The position numbers and the translations under genes are program-made. Under the pieces are notes generated by a model, which saw only the letters and a list, made by a program, of their open reading frames with translations, ran no database searches and was not told where the DNA came from. This document shows, piece by piece, positions 25,841-34,845 of a stretch of 43,095 nt of DNA. Location: the IMG/VR virus record IMGVR_UViG_3300049436_000042, positions 1-43,095 of that record; one strand, 5' to 3'. Each line of letters opens with the position of its first letter. Position 1 is the first letter of the stretch. This DNA comes from a virus (Duplodnaviria; Caudoviricetes).

Positions 25841-27487
25841 CTACTTCTTCTCTTCGCCTTCATCCTTGGGGATGATGACGAACTGGTTGGAGTCTTTCCC
25901 ATCACCGTCGCCGCCATTCAGCGGTCGGCGCTGCGGATCGCCCATCTCGTCCTGGACTTTGCCCTGAAGCATTTCCTTGACGGATTGACGTTCCATCACA
26001 TCACCGAACACCTTATCGACGTCGGCCACGGTCGCAGGATTCGCCGCCTGCACCAGTTCCATCACGATGCCGCGCGCCGAAGAAACCTTGACGCCCGTTT
26101 TCTCATCGATGACGAGTTCTTTGATCCGCGCGGTAACGGCGGCTTTATTGAGCGTGGACACCTGCTGGTGCAGCTCCTTGACAACCTCGATCAGGTTTGC
26201 GTCATCGGCCAGGCTCAAGGTCTGGCGCATTTCTGCCACCGCTTTACGCTCTGCACTGCCCGCCATGACAGCCGCGCGCACAGGTTCAGGCAGCAGAGCG
26301 ACGTCATCGACTGTCAAGCCCTTGATGATGTCATTCCGATCCATAGGTACCTCTCTCTTCATCTCTGCCGTGACATGTGGCACGGCTGCTAGCTCACGAA
26401 TACCGGCCCGCTGAGGATCAGCGAGACCGATGGATTCCAATTCAAACCCCACCCACTCCCAGGCCCCTTTCGCCTGGTTCCAAACCTTGCTCTCCGAGTC
26501 GCCGTAGATCGATGTAGCGACTTTGCCCTTAACGGCTTCCCGCCGGACGATATGATCACGGAGCTCACCGGGCGGGTAATACGCTTTGCCATAAGCCTGT
26601 TGCGTGACCGGGTCGTACACCGCGCCTACAAAATCGAATTCGGCGGCGACATACACATTCGGGCGATCTTCATTCTTGATGTGCCCTCGGATGCCCGGTG
26701 TGCGCTTGTCATTGACCTGTCGCACCACATCCTGCACGAATTCCGCGCTGTAATAGAAGCCGTTGCCGGAGATCACATCAGCCATCATGATGGGATGCGT
26801 GACAAACTTCGGCTCCGTCCCCAACTCGCGATCCTTGAAAGTCAGGGCTTCCAGGTCGATTCCTGCCGCGAATGGAACCTCGGGTACAGGTTTGCCCAGC
26901 TCGAACGTGCTCAACTCCTGGACCACATGGCGCTTGCCGCTGCCATCCAGTTCGGCCACCGTGCCGCCCGATACCATCCGGCTCAATTCAAAGCTGGCGA
27001 CTTCCTGATAGCCTTCGCCGCTCAGGGCAAATCGTTCGATCTGGATGTGCATCTCGCTGGGCAGCGGCATCCAGGCATCCGTCATCACCCCTGCTGGTAG
27101 ATATGCCAGCGTGGCGTGGGCCTTGTACATCCCCGGCCAGGAATACGCGCTCATCCGGGCACCTGCGGCCATCGCTTCATAAAACAGCACGGCTTGCAGC
27201 GCGACGAGCTGCGGACTAGCCCAGAACCGAACATGCACTGCTGTTCCATCCGGCGTATCGAAGAATCCGAGTTCCTGACCACCCAACCCGAATACGGGCA
27301 GGCTTTTCGGCCAGGCCAATTGGCTCAGATCCGCGCCGCCATTGTCCTCGGCATACGCCAGCGTGATATGAAATGTCGCCGGGTCCTGCCAGGCCGCGCC
27401 CTGCGGTAATTTCGTTTTCAGAAATTCCTGCACCTCGATCAGTGCCGGATGATTGGGTAGTGGCAGGGTGAAATATTGAGCAGGCAT
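25841..27487 (-). CDS. Fusion of 2H phosphoesterase, prohead protease and scaffold
   Basis: FHITLAY and AHATLAY (two HxT motifs) in the first ~170 aa; SGNGFYY...GH...TSIYG protease-like core; helical C-terminus with internal RBS and ATG at 26344. Confidence 0.75.
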   Translation of the reverse strand: MPAQYFTLPLPNHPALIEVQEFLKTKLPQGAAWQDPATFHITLAYAEDNGGADLSQLAWPKSLPVFGLGGQELGFFDTPDGTAVHVRFWASPQLVALQAVLFYEAMAAGARMSAYSWPGMYKAHATLAYLPAGVMTDAWMPLPSEMHIQIERFALSGEGYQEVASFELSRMVSGGTVAELDGSGKRHVVQELSTFELGKPVPEVPFAAGIDLEALTFKDRELGTEPKFVTHPIMMADVISGNGFYYSAEFVQDVVRQVNDKRTPGIRGHIKNEDRPNVYVAAEFDFVGAVYDPVTQQAYGKAYYPPGELRDHIVRREAVKGKVATSIYGDSESKVWNQAKGAWEWVGFELESIGLADPQRAGIRELAAVPHVTAEMKREVPMDRNDIIKGLTVDDVALLPEPVRAAVMAGSAERKAVAEMRQTLSLADDANLIEVVKELHQQVSTLNKAAVTARIKELVIDEKTGVKVSSARGIVMELVQAANPATVADVDKVFGDVMERQSVKEMLQGKVQDEMGDPQRRPLNGGDGDGKDSNQFVIIPKDEGEEKK

Positions 27488-28315
27488 CTACGCCTCCTTC
27501 GCCTTGCGCAGCGCGATATGCACCGAGCTGAACACATAACCCTGATGGGTCATCACAATATGGGGACGCGGTGGCTCTTTGCCGTTCTGGTAATCGGTTA
27601 CCGCGTTCACCAGGGGATAACCGCTTGCCAGGGTCGACTCGCTGATCGTGGTATCCAACGGTTCGATGAGCTCTAATCCGGAGGGCTCGATCACATACTG
27701 GTGCAGCGTCTTTTCGTCGAAGACCATGACGCCATCCCAGCCGTGCCCATCGGGGCCAGTAATCTTGAACTCGGTGGAAATGGTCGCAATCCCGCCTGGA
27801 CGCAGAACCCGGCCAATTTCCCGCGCCGCGCGTGCGATATCATCCAGGCTGCCAAAGTGCTCAATCGACGAGCTGCTGAACACGGCATCAAAATGCCCGT
27901 CGGGATACCGCAGCTTGCACCCGTCCATGTGTTGGACGATCAACTTCTCAGGCTGCCAATCAATGCCCGCTGGAGCGCAGCGCGCCGGGTCCAGCAACAT
28001 GTCGGACGGGGCCGCCTGGTGCCAGATCCCGGCATCGGCATAAAGGTCAGTCGCGTGGACCTCTGCGAAATTGGTCATCAGGTAAATCGTCGTTTCGCGC
28101 CCTGCCCCGACTCCCAGCACGCGCGAATTCTTCCGCGTGATGTGCGTCCGCATGACATGATAGGCCAGCGCGACTTCCCATGCCTTGCGATGCTCGAAGC
28201 CGATAGGATAATCCGCCGCCTTGCTCACCTCATGCGGAAAGACAGCACGAACCAGATCGGCCATCTGCGGATCGCGAAAATCTTCGACGTTGCAAACCTT
28301 ATTAACCTGCATCAT
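27488..28315 (-). CDS. Class I SAM-dependent methyltransferase
   Basis: VLGVGAG, FDAVFSSSSIEHF and RVLRPGG motifs. Confidence 0.88.
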   Translation of the reverse strand: MMQVNKVCNVEDFRDPQMADLVRAVFPHEVSKAADYPIGFEHRKAWEVALAYHVMRTHITRKNSRVLGVGAGRETTIYLMTNFAEVHATDLYADAGIWHQAAPSDMLLDPARCAPAGIDWQPEKLIVQHMDGCKLRYPDGHFDAVFSSSSIEHFGSLDDIARAAREIGRVLRPGGIATISTEFKITGPDGHGWDGVMVFDEKTLHQYVIEPSGLELIEPLDTTISESTLASGYPLVNAVTDYQNGKEPPRPHIVMTHQGYVFSSVHIALRKAKEA

Positions 28316-29030
28316 GTCCTAGCCTTAATTTGAGTGCGTATTGCTCTTTCAGTTTTTCCCAGTTGCGCCAGTACAGGTCATCCGTGGACTTGTGATGTGG
28401 ATCGTGGTGCAGCCCGATTAATTCAGGATCGCCGATATACTGCACCTCATACCCGTGATCCTTCGCCCAGAGACAGAGTGCGCTATCCTCATGCCAGCAA
28501 ACGCCAAAATCCAATGGAAACTCGAATCCTTCGAGAAAGACCGCCGCGCGCACCGCCGTGTGCGACATATTCACGATGTCAACGAGCCCTCGCTCAGTGG
28601 CCTGGACCATCTGCCAATCGGCGGTCACATTTGCGCCGTAGCAACCGATGATCGTTTTTCCAGCTTCGAGAGGAATGGTCAGATAGTCCAGCCATCCGTC
28701 AGCCGTGGGATATACATCGTCGTCTAAAAAGACAATGTGATCGCCCCATCGCAGGCCATGACCCAATAACCAGTCAATCTGCCGCTGGTGCCCGGCAACA
28801 ATCCCGGCATTTTGAGCGCTGTTCCATACCATCCCTGGATAGGTGCCGTTGTCATGGAGGTGGTTGTTCCACCAGTGGATAAGAAATTCGGCGGTGTCAT
28901 CCGTGCTGCCCTGATTAAGCACTAGGACAGATACATCAGGTCGCGCTATCGCGGCTTCAAAATGAGGCGATTCCAGCAGCCGCCGCAGGTGATTAATTCG
29001 GTTGTGCGTCAATACCGTCACCCAGATCAC
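28302..29030 (-). CDS. GT-A glycosyltransferase (GT2 family)
   Basis: VLTHNR, NQGSTDDT, VFLDDD (DxD) and HEDSALC. Confidence 0.88.
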   Translation of the reverse strand: MIWVTVLTHNRINHLRRLLESPHFEAAIARPDVSVLVLNQGSTDDTAEFLIHWWNNHLHDNGTYPGMVWNSAQNAGIVAGHQRQIDWLLGHGLRWGDHIVFLDDDVYPTADGWLDYLTIPLEAGKTIIGCYGANVTADWQMVQATERGLVDIVNMSHTAVRAAVFLEGFEFPLDFGVCWHEDSALCLWAKDHGYEVQYIGDPELIGLHHDPHHKSTDDLYWRNWEKLKEQYALKLRLGHDAG

Positions 29031-30094
29031 GCCGCCTGCTCCTCTCCAACCACTTCCCGCACGAAATAGCCCATCATCAGCGCCCCGATCAGCCAGTCCA
29101 GATTGAACGCACCCTGAAGCTGCTCGCGCTGGAGATACCGTTCTCCATCCGATGGAATAGACGCCATCACCTGACGCAGCTCGGCGGTCACCTGGGCAGG
29201 CATCGCTGTCACTTCCGGCACAATCGTGCAGAGCTCATGAGGATGCGCGGGGTACTGCGGGAAATCCGTTTTAGGATATCGCCCGTCGGATGTCGGCCCA
29301 CCGTGCGCGTTCTCGTCGCAGATATCGGGCTCTGGATGGCTGCCCGATAGCGTCCAGCGCAGCAGATCCACATAAGGATTGCCCAGGCTGGCATTCACCG
29401 TGCTGCGACCAGCAGCGGCAGTAATTTCCGTCCGTGCCAGCCGCCGCGCCCAATAGCTGCCATCCGTGCCATACGGAGTTAGTGTCCGCACCTGTGCCGC
29501 TTCCGGCCAGAGGTACGGCTCCAGCTTGGTCGCAATATCAACCGCTGCGGTACGCCGTGGAATCTCATAGGTCAGTAAATTATCAATGGCGGCTCGGCTG
29601 CGGATGGCGGTGTTCCACCCGTTATCCGACAATCGATAGCCATTGGGATTCACAAACAAATGGAAGGGGTCATAGTCCAGCCGCCGATCACCACCGCCGA
29701 TCTCGCGCACAGTCGCCCGGAGTCGCGGCCCGGTCAGCCACTTGAATACATCCTCTGGCGCAGCCTTTTGGATAATCGCGATCTGCCGTTCGGCCTGGAT
29801 GCGAATCGACCCGCGTATGCCATCGACGATCAGCCGCATGTAGGGCGACTGGGGCACCGCGCCGATCAGAGGATCATCCCCTGCCCCGATGAAGTACGGC
29901 TTAATGGCCTGCGTCCAGATAGCGCGGGACAGCGTTTCGCGCGTGGAACGCCGATTAGGGATCAATCCATCGCGGCCAGCAGCGCGCAGCACGATCAGGC
30001 TGATCGACACAATCAACCCTGCCATGTCGCCACGCAGGCGGTCATACATTTTCGCCTCGTGCTTAAGCTGCTGTCGCTTCCAACTAATCGCCAT
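29027..30094 (-). CDS. MuF-like minor head protein
   Basis: ARRLARTEI...PDICD...PAHPHELC. Confidence 0.75.
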   Translation of the reverse strand: MAISWKRQQLKHEAKMYDRLRGDMAGLIVSISLIVLRAAGRDGLIPNRRSTRETLSRAIWTQAIKPYFIGAGDDPLIGAVPQSPYMRLIVDGIRGSIRIQAERQIAIIQKAAPEDVFKWLTGPRLRATVREIGGGDRRLDYDPFHLFVNPNGYRLSDNGWNTAIRSRAAIDNLLTYEIPRRTAAVDIATKLEPYLWPEAAQVRTLTPYGTDGSYWARRLARTEITAAAGRSTVNASLGNPYVDLLRWTLSGSHPEPDICDENAHGGPTSDGRYPKTDFPQYPAHPHELCTIVPEVTAMPAQVTAELRQVMASIPSDGERYLQREQLQGAFNLDWLIGALMMGYFVREVVGEEQAA

Positions 30095-30334
30095 TTATGC
30101 CTTCTTGTTAAGCGCTTCCTGAATCACCTGGGCAACCGCTAAACCGTACTCCCTGGGGTTATTTCCAAGGAACAGTTGTTGTTCAGCGATTTTTTCCAGT
30201 GCCACCGCAATTCGCTCAAGGGAATCGGCGATCCGCACTGGGTCCTGCCAAGCTGTGGCCGTTACGGTAATTGGAATAACGCCATGCGCCTGCCCCATCA
30301 CTGGGTTTTTGTCATCCATCGGAGTAATCGTCAT
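30095..30334 (-). CDS. Small hypothetical protein
   Basis: GGAGG RBS; RIADSLERIAVALEKIA motif. Confidence 0.55.
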   Translation of the reverse strand: MTITPMDDKNPVMGQAHGVIPITVTATAWQDPVRIADSLERIAVALEKIAEQQLFLGNNPREYGLAVAQVIQEALNKKA

Positions 30335-30416
30335 GCCACCCTCCAATAATTAAGGAATTGCATTGAGAAGACCTGGTGCCGTCAGCTGGTAGATTTAATA
30401 TTTCGCCAAGGGTTTG

Positions 30417-31865
30417 TCATGCCGCTGGCTCCTCGGTCTGCTGCTCACGGTTCAAATAGTCCTGGAAATTCGGCGGGCCTTCCTGCTGGAATTTCGCCTG
30501 CCGTTCTTCCTTCTGCTGCTGTGCCTTCTTCAGCACATCCTTCGCGTTTTCCAGGGTGAACGGCATCAGGCTCAGCGCGGTCTCATCATCCAGCAGCCCT
30601 TCCGCATATGCCCATTCGACAGCGGCTTGTGTCAATTGACCGTCCTGGTTGGTCAGCTCGCCCCAGACCAGCACCGGCACGTCATCCGTACTCACGCCGC
30701 GCTCAAACAGCGAGTAGTACGCCAGGACAACCTGGGCCAGCTCGATCATCCATCCTGACACTTCGCCGCGTTTTTTCTCAATCCACTTCACAAAAACGGG
30801 CATCTGAGCCTCAGCACTGGCTTTGCTGGATGCAATCGCCGTGCCCATGACAAATTCAGGGATTTCGGTATGCTCCAGGAAGAGGTAGTAGAGCATCTCC
30901 AGCAGCTTCACTGTGTCATCCGCGAAGCTTCCCGGCTGCTCATATTTGAAGTCGCCCCCGGCCAGCGCCATCAGGCGGTCGGAGTCAAAGTCAACCACAA
31001 CCGTTTCTTCGACCGTGCCATCCGGCATCGTCTGCCGCTGGACTGTCCCGTTATCGTCGAAGAAGCGATTCAATTGTTCGATGGTTTCAAATTTAATCTT
31101 CGGCGTGGGGCGTCCCTGGTGTTTGTTGCCTTCCAGCGCGGCCACCAGCACCTCTTGATACCAGTGCAGCAACCCCAGCAGGGATTCCCCTTCAGGCCTG
31201 CCAAAAATTTCATTCGCGCCGCGTGCATTGGGGATATGCACAATCGGCAGTCGTCCGATCAGGTTGGGATAGCGCTGGGTGGAAACTTCAACCCCGTTAC
31301 GCAATTTTTTTTGCGTTCGTTCGGTGAGGGTGTATTCATCAATAATGAACATCTCGTCGCCGGGATTAGTGGGGTGCAGGTGCCGTTCTGTCACGCGCCA
31401 GCCCAGAATCCGCGAATAGTCATTGTCATCGACGATAGGAGTCACGACGCTGGGAGGAAGAACTGTCACGCTCATGTCGCTGTTGACGACCACGAAACAG
31501 TTACCTAGATCGGCGGCTTCTTCATAGGCGCGCAAAATATGGGCATGATGAGACGTCCACCAGTCGTTCAGCAGCTCCTTCGCGCGCGGGCTGTTGGTGT
31601 TCCATTTCGGGGCTTGCCCCAGCACCCAGCTCGCGACCTTGCTGCCCAGCGGCTTCAAGAAGAGTCCCGACAGTTCCAGACCCTTGACTTTGCAGCGCCG
31701 CGCCATATCCCAGAACCGCGCATCGGGTACGGTCCAGTCGCGCGCGATGTCGGCACTGTGCAGGTTCGACCACCAGGAGCCGATCACTCGGTATATGCGT
31801 TGGACCTGTCCGATAATCTCCTGAACAGGTTGCCGCTTGCGCCATGCTAAGGTGGGTCGTCTCAC
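30417..31865 (-). CDS. Portal protein
   Basis: Follows TerL; LPIVHIPN...FGRPEG; about 480 aa from GTG 31865. Confidence 0.85.
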   Translation of the reverse strand: MRRPTLAWRKRQPVQEIIGQVQRIYRVIGSWWSNLHSADIARDWTVPDARFWDMARRCKVKGLELSGLFLKPLGSKVASWVLGQAPKWNTNSPRAKELLNDWWTSHHAHILRAYEEAADLGNCFVVVNSDMSVTVLPPSVVTPIVDDNDYSRILGWRVTERHLHPTNPGDEMFIIDEYTLTERTQKKLRNGVEVSTQRYPNLIGRLPIVHIPNARGANEIFGRPEGESLLGLLHWYQEVLVAALEGNKHQGRPTPKIKFETIEQLNRFFDDNGTVQRQTMPDGTVEETVVVDFDSDRLMALAGGDFKYEQPGSFADDTVKLLEMLYYLFLEHTEIPEFVMGTAIASSKASAEAQMPVFVKWIEKKRGEVSGWMIELAQVVLAYYSLFERGVSTDDVPVLVWGELTNQDGQLTQAAVEWAYAEGLLDDETALSLMPFTLENAKDVLKKAQQQKEERQAKFQQEGPPNFQDYLNREQQTEEPAA

Positions 31866-31869
31866 GCTT

Positions 31870-33357
31870 TCACCACTTCCTCTTGACCTGCCGCATCTTG
31901 GCAGGCTTTTCTTCATCTAGCACCAGCGCTGTAATCAGCCACACCAGCGCATCCATCCGATTAGGCGACTTTTTACCGGGCTTCCAGGTGGTCATCTCGT
32001 CTTCAAGCTGCTCAAATTCGCCGACATGGTGCACCAACCCTTGTTCGTACAGCGCCGCGACGGGTTCAGCCCGTAATTCTTTCCCGCGCGTCGCATTAAC
32101 TCCTTCATAGCTCACAGTGCTGTCTACCGTTCGGATCACCGACTCGACCATGTCGCCGCCATAATTCTTTTCAGCGACCACGCGATCCGCCTGGTGCTTC
32201 CGGTAGGTTGTGACCACGGCCCGCCCCCACTGCGCTGGGGAGCCGTGTCGGCTGGCGTCCTCAATGACATACACATGCCCATCACGAGCCACGCCACCAG
32301 CGACCATCCCTACCTCATCCCCATCCGCAGAGCCGGTGGGGTCCACGGCGACCAGGACTCGCACCAGATCCGGGAAACTGTCTACCCGGTGTTCGTGGAT
32401 ATCCTGCCATTGGAACAATCCACCTTCGCGCGGTATAGGTCGCTGCTGGTACAGCGATGCCCACGAGTACGGGCTGCGCTTGCGTTTGATGGAGAGCAGT
32501 GTTTCCAGTGGGTAACGTGCTTCCCACAGCGCCTCACCGATGGCGCGCCCTAGCGGGTCGTCTTCTTCCGCCAGCGCTGGCAGTCGCAGGTGGACCCATC
32601 CTTCTGGGTCGTACTTATCCAGCCGCCCGATCAGGTCGTCTTCATGCCACCGTGTCATCATCACGATAACCGCACCGCCCGGTTCCAACCGTGTCAGCAG
32701 GTCATCGTAGAAGGCTTCCCAGGCTTTATCGCGTTCGAGATCGCTTTCGGCATCCGCGCGATTTTTGATGATGTCATCCAGGATCAGAACGTGCGCGCCC
32801 TTGCCGGTGGCCGCGCCGTCGATGCCCATCGCATCCATGCCGCCTTCATGCGGCGGAGCCAGATCCCACGCTTCAGCCGCCGCGCTGGACGGATCAAGCG
32901 TCAGGCTCCCGGAGACATCCCAGTAGGAAACTCCGTTTTCGCTGGCGACCACACCGCCAAAGATCGCCTGATAACGATCTGTGCGCATCATCGCGCGGGC
33001 GAAGCGGCTGTTTTTGCGGGCCAGTGATGCGCCATAACTCACCAGCATGATCCGGTGGTCTGGGTTACGCCCTAAGTGCCAGGTGGGATAGAGCTTCGAC
33101 ACGGACATGGTTTTGCCGTGTCGCGGCGGCATCTCAATGATGGCCCGCCCGATGCCTTCTTTCCCGCCAGTCTCGACGTAGAGCGTCACCTGCTCCAGCA
33201 GACGATCCAGGGCTTCTAGATGCAGGGCGTGTTGGTAGCGCCGGTAGACAAGCCTCTTATAAGCTGTTAAAGAGCGTTGGGCGAGGCGTCGCGCTTTTTC
33301 TTCCTTGGCGAGCCTAGCCGCCGTTTTCTTGGATGAATTGATCAAGCTCGTCATCAT
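31870..33357 (-). CDS. terL: Terminase large subunit
   Basis: Walker A PPRHGKT, Walker B LILDD, MTRWHEDD, nuclease AVDP and AEKNYGG. Confidence 0.95.
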   Translation of the reverse strand: MMTSLINSSKKTAARLAKEEKARRLAQRSLTAYKRLVYRRYQHALHLEALDRLLEQVTLYVETGGKEGIGRAIIEMPPRHGKTMSVSKLYPTWHLGRNPDHRIMLVSYGASLARKNSRFARAMMRTDRYQAIFGGVVASENGVSYWDVSGSLTLDPSSAAAEAWDLAPPHEGGMDAMGIDGAATGKGAHVLILDDIIKNRADAESDLERDKAWEAFYDDLLTRLEPGGAVIVMMTRWHEDDLIGRLDKYDPEGWVHLRLPALAEEDDPLGRAIGEALWEARYPLETLLSIKRKRSPYSWASLYQQRPIPREGGLFQWQDIHEHRVDSFPDLVRVLVAVDPTGSADGDEVGMVAGGVARDGHVYVIEDASRHGSPAQWGRAVVTTYRKHQADRVVAEKNYGGDMVESVIRTVDSTVSYEGVNATRGKELRAEPVAALYEQGLVHHVGEFEQLEDEMTTWKPGKKSPNRMDALVWLITALVLDEEKPAKMRQVKRKW

Positions 33358-33907
33358 CCATATCCGAGAACGGCTGAACGGATATCGGGATAGCTTTGCC
33401 GTCCTTACCCGCTAACTCATGCCGCTCCACAAATAACTTATGGTGTTTGCCTAGCAGCGCGAGTGCGGCCTGTTGGTCGTAAAGCTCGAATTCGACAGTG
33501 TCAATGCGCGTGATTTCCTCTTCGTCCTTGTCACGAGGGATTAAAGTCCGGCTGACAACCTTGACTTTCTTGAGAAGGTGAAGCTGATTTTTATCGGCAG
33601 CCTTCTGGAGATCGACGGTCATCGTCTTCACGTCGATAAAATCTTCCATACTGCCGCGCGCATGTTCCGAGAGTCGGACGAGGACTTCATGCGATGACAT
33701 CGCAATCTCGCTAATGCGCTGCTTGATCGCCGCCTGGATGTCATCATTTGTCAACAGTCGGGAGGCTTGCTGCCGCGCGGATCGCTCCGGATAGCCAGCT
33801 TTTCGCGCAGCATCCGCGCCATTAAAGCGCGCTTCACCGATGTAATACTCGATAAAGGCCTGCTGCTTGCTGCTTAATCCAGCTTTCGTCCGCTTTTTTT
33901 CGGTCAT
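33314..33907 (-). CDS. terS: Terminase small subunit
   Basis: LSSKQQAFIEYY...NGADAARKAGY...ARQQASRLL. Confidence 0.92.
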   Translation of the reverse strand: MTEKKRTKAGLSSKQQAFIEYYIGEARFNGADAARKAGYPERSARQQASRLLTNDDIQAAIKQRISEIAMSSHEVLVRLSEHARGSMEDFIDVKTMTVDLQKAADKNQLHLLKKVKVVSRTLIPRDKDEEEITRIDTVEFELYDQQAALALLGKHHKLFVERHELAGKDGKAIPISVQPFSDMDDDELDQFIQENGG

Positions 33908-33913
33908 GCTTGC

Positions 33914-34237
33914 CTACGCTGGCTCGATCCAGTGCCATGATCCAGGACGGTTATCCTCGCCGTAGGTGCAGCTCGTCACCCACACCGAGTCATTACCATC
34001 CAACAAAACCTGTCCGTTGCAGCAGCCGTTACCGCCTTCAGGTTGGTGATCCCACACAGCGACGACAATCATCGCCACGTGTTCACCAGCACTAACACGA
34101 TTACCCTGGTGTACCTGCGCACCAACACCGAGATTGTCAGGACCGTTTCCACTGATATTGCGAAAACGATTGATCACATCTGCTTCGGATTCCGAGAGCA
34201 CATAATGCACAATCCGCCCTACCGTTAAGCCCTGCAT
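33914..34237 (-). CDS. Phage hypothetical protein (TVGRIVHY...WHW pattern)
   Basis: GGAGG RBS; first late gene. Confidence 0.7.
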   Translation of the reverse strand: MQGLTVGRIVHYVLSESEADVINRFRNISGNGPDNLGVGAQVHQGNRVSAGEHVAMIVVAVWDHQPEGGNGCCNGQVLLDGNDSVWVTSCTYGEDNRPGSWHWIEPA

Positions 34238-34246
34238 GACACCTCC

Positions 34247-34290
34247 AAACAACAAAAACGACACAACGCTAAAAATCAGCGCCGTGCCGC
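34247..34290 (-). terminator. Terminator-like hairpin directly before the first late gene
   Basis: CGGCACGGCGCUGA-UUU-UUAGCGUUGUGUCG followed by UUUUUGUUGUUU. Confidence 0.6.
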
Positions 34291-34790
34291 TGGGCGACCC
34301 ACACGGGGATCGCGATGGTTTGTTACCTGCCCCCTGACTGATCAGGCCAGGGGGTTCTTGCTACCGGCTTTTTATGTCAACGCGCTCCGGCTCGCGCTTT
34401 TCCAAAAGGGGTTACAAAGGAAAGGTTGGGAGGCCGTTGCAGACGACCATCCCATTGAAGACACCACTGCTGCACCAGTAGCGGACGGAGGATACTTCGA
34501 CTCGGATTCTGTCCGTTGTACTCCTGGTCGTTCGAGTCTCCTCATGTCGATAAAGAGCGCACTATCCCGAATTCGGTTGCGCATACCAGCCTAACGAGCC
34601 GGGGCTGGCTTCTAATCCAAAAACAGGAGGGGCCGCTAGGGGGTTGGGGATCAGGGATACGGCCCCAGGGCGGATATAGGGGGTGGGGGCCCCACACGGC
34701 ATGTAAGCCGAATTTCGTCCGCGACATACGAGTTACGGGGCCACAAGGGGATAAGGTGATCCGCTGGCGACCCCTTTCAAAGGGTATGCT
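34247..34790 (-). ncRNA. Candidate structured leader or ncRNA
   Basis: No credible ORF; about ten consecutive stems; bounded by a promoter and a terminator. Confidence 0.5.
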
Positions 34791-34793
34791 ATT

Positions 34794-34822
34794 AATATAG
34801 ATTGAATTTAGAACGGATGTAA
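34794..34822 (-). promoter_or_regulatory. Putative late promoter
   Basis: TTACAT-17 bp-TATATT in an AT-rich patch. Confidence 0.5.
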
Positions 34823-34845
34823 GGTGCTAATGTTATCTAACAAGA

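Noticed and set aside
29027-30094. MuF polymorphic toxin
   Set aside because: Only a short tail follows the MuF motif; no toxin domain or immunity gene is recognisable
10188-33027. Numerous + strand ORFs overlapping the late genes
   Set aside because: Antisense shadows typical of GC-rich coding DNA, with no recognisable motifs
34697-34720. GGACGAAATTCGGCTTACA (- strand) resembles the 3' conserved region of RNase P RNA
   Set aside because: No GAGGAAAGUCC partner upstream on that strand, and the motif is near the 5' end of the putative transcript
34690-34745. Hammerhead or twister ribozyme
   Set aside because: GAAA follows a short stem, but the CUGANGA core is absent and the twister P2 pairing could not be formed
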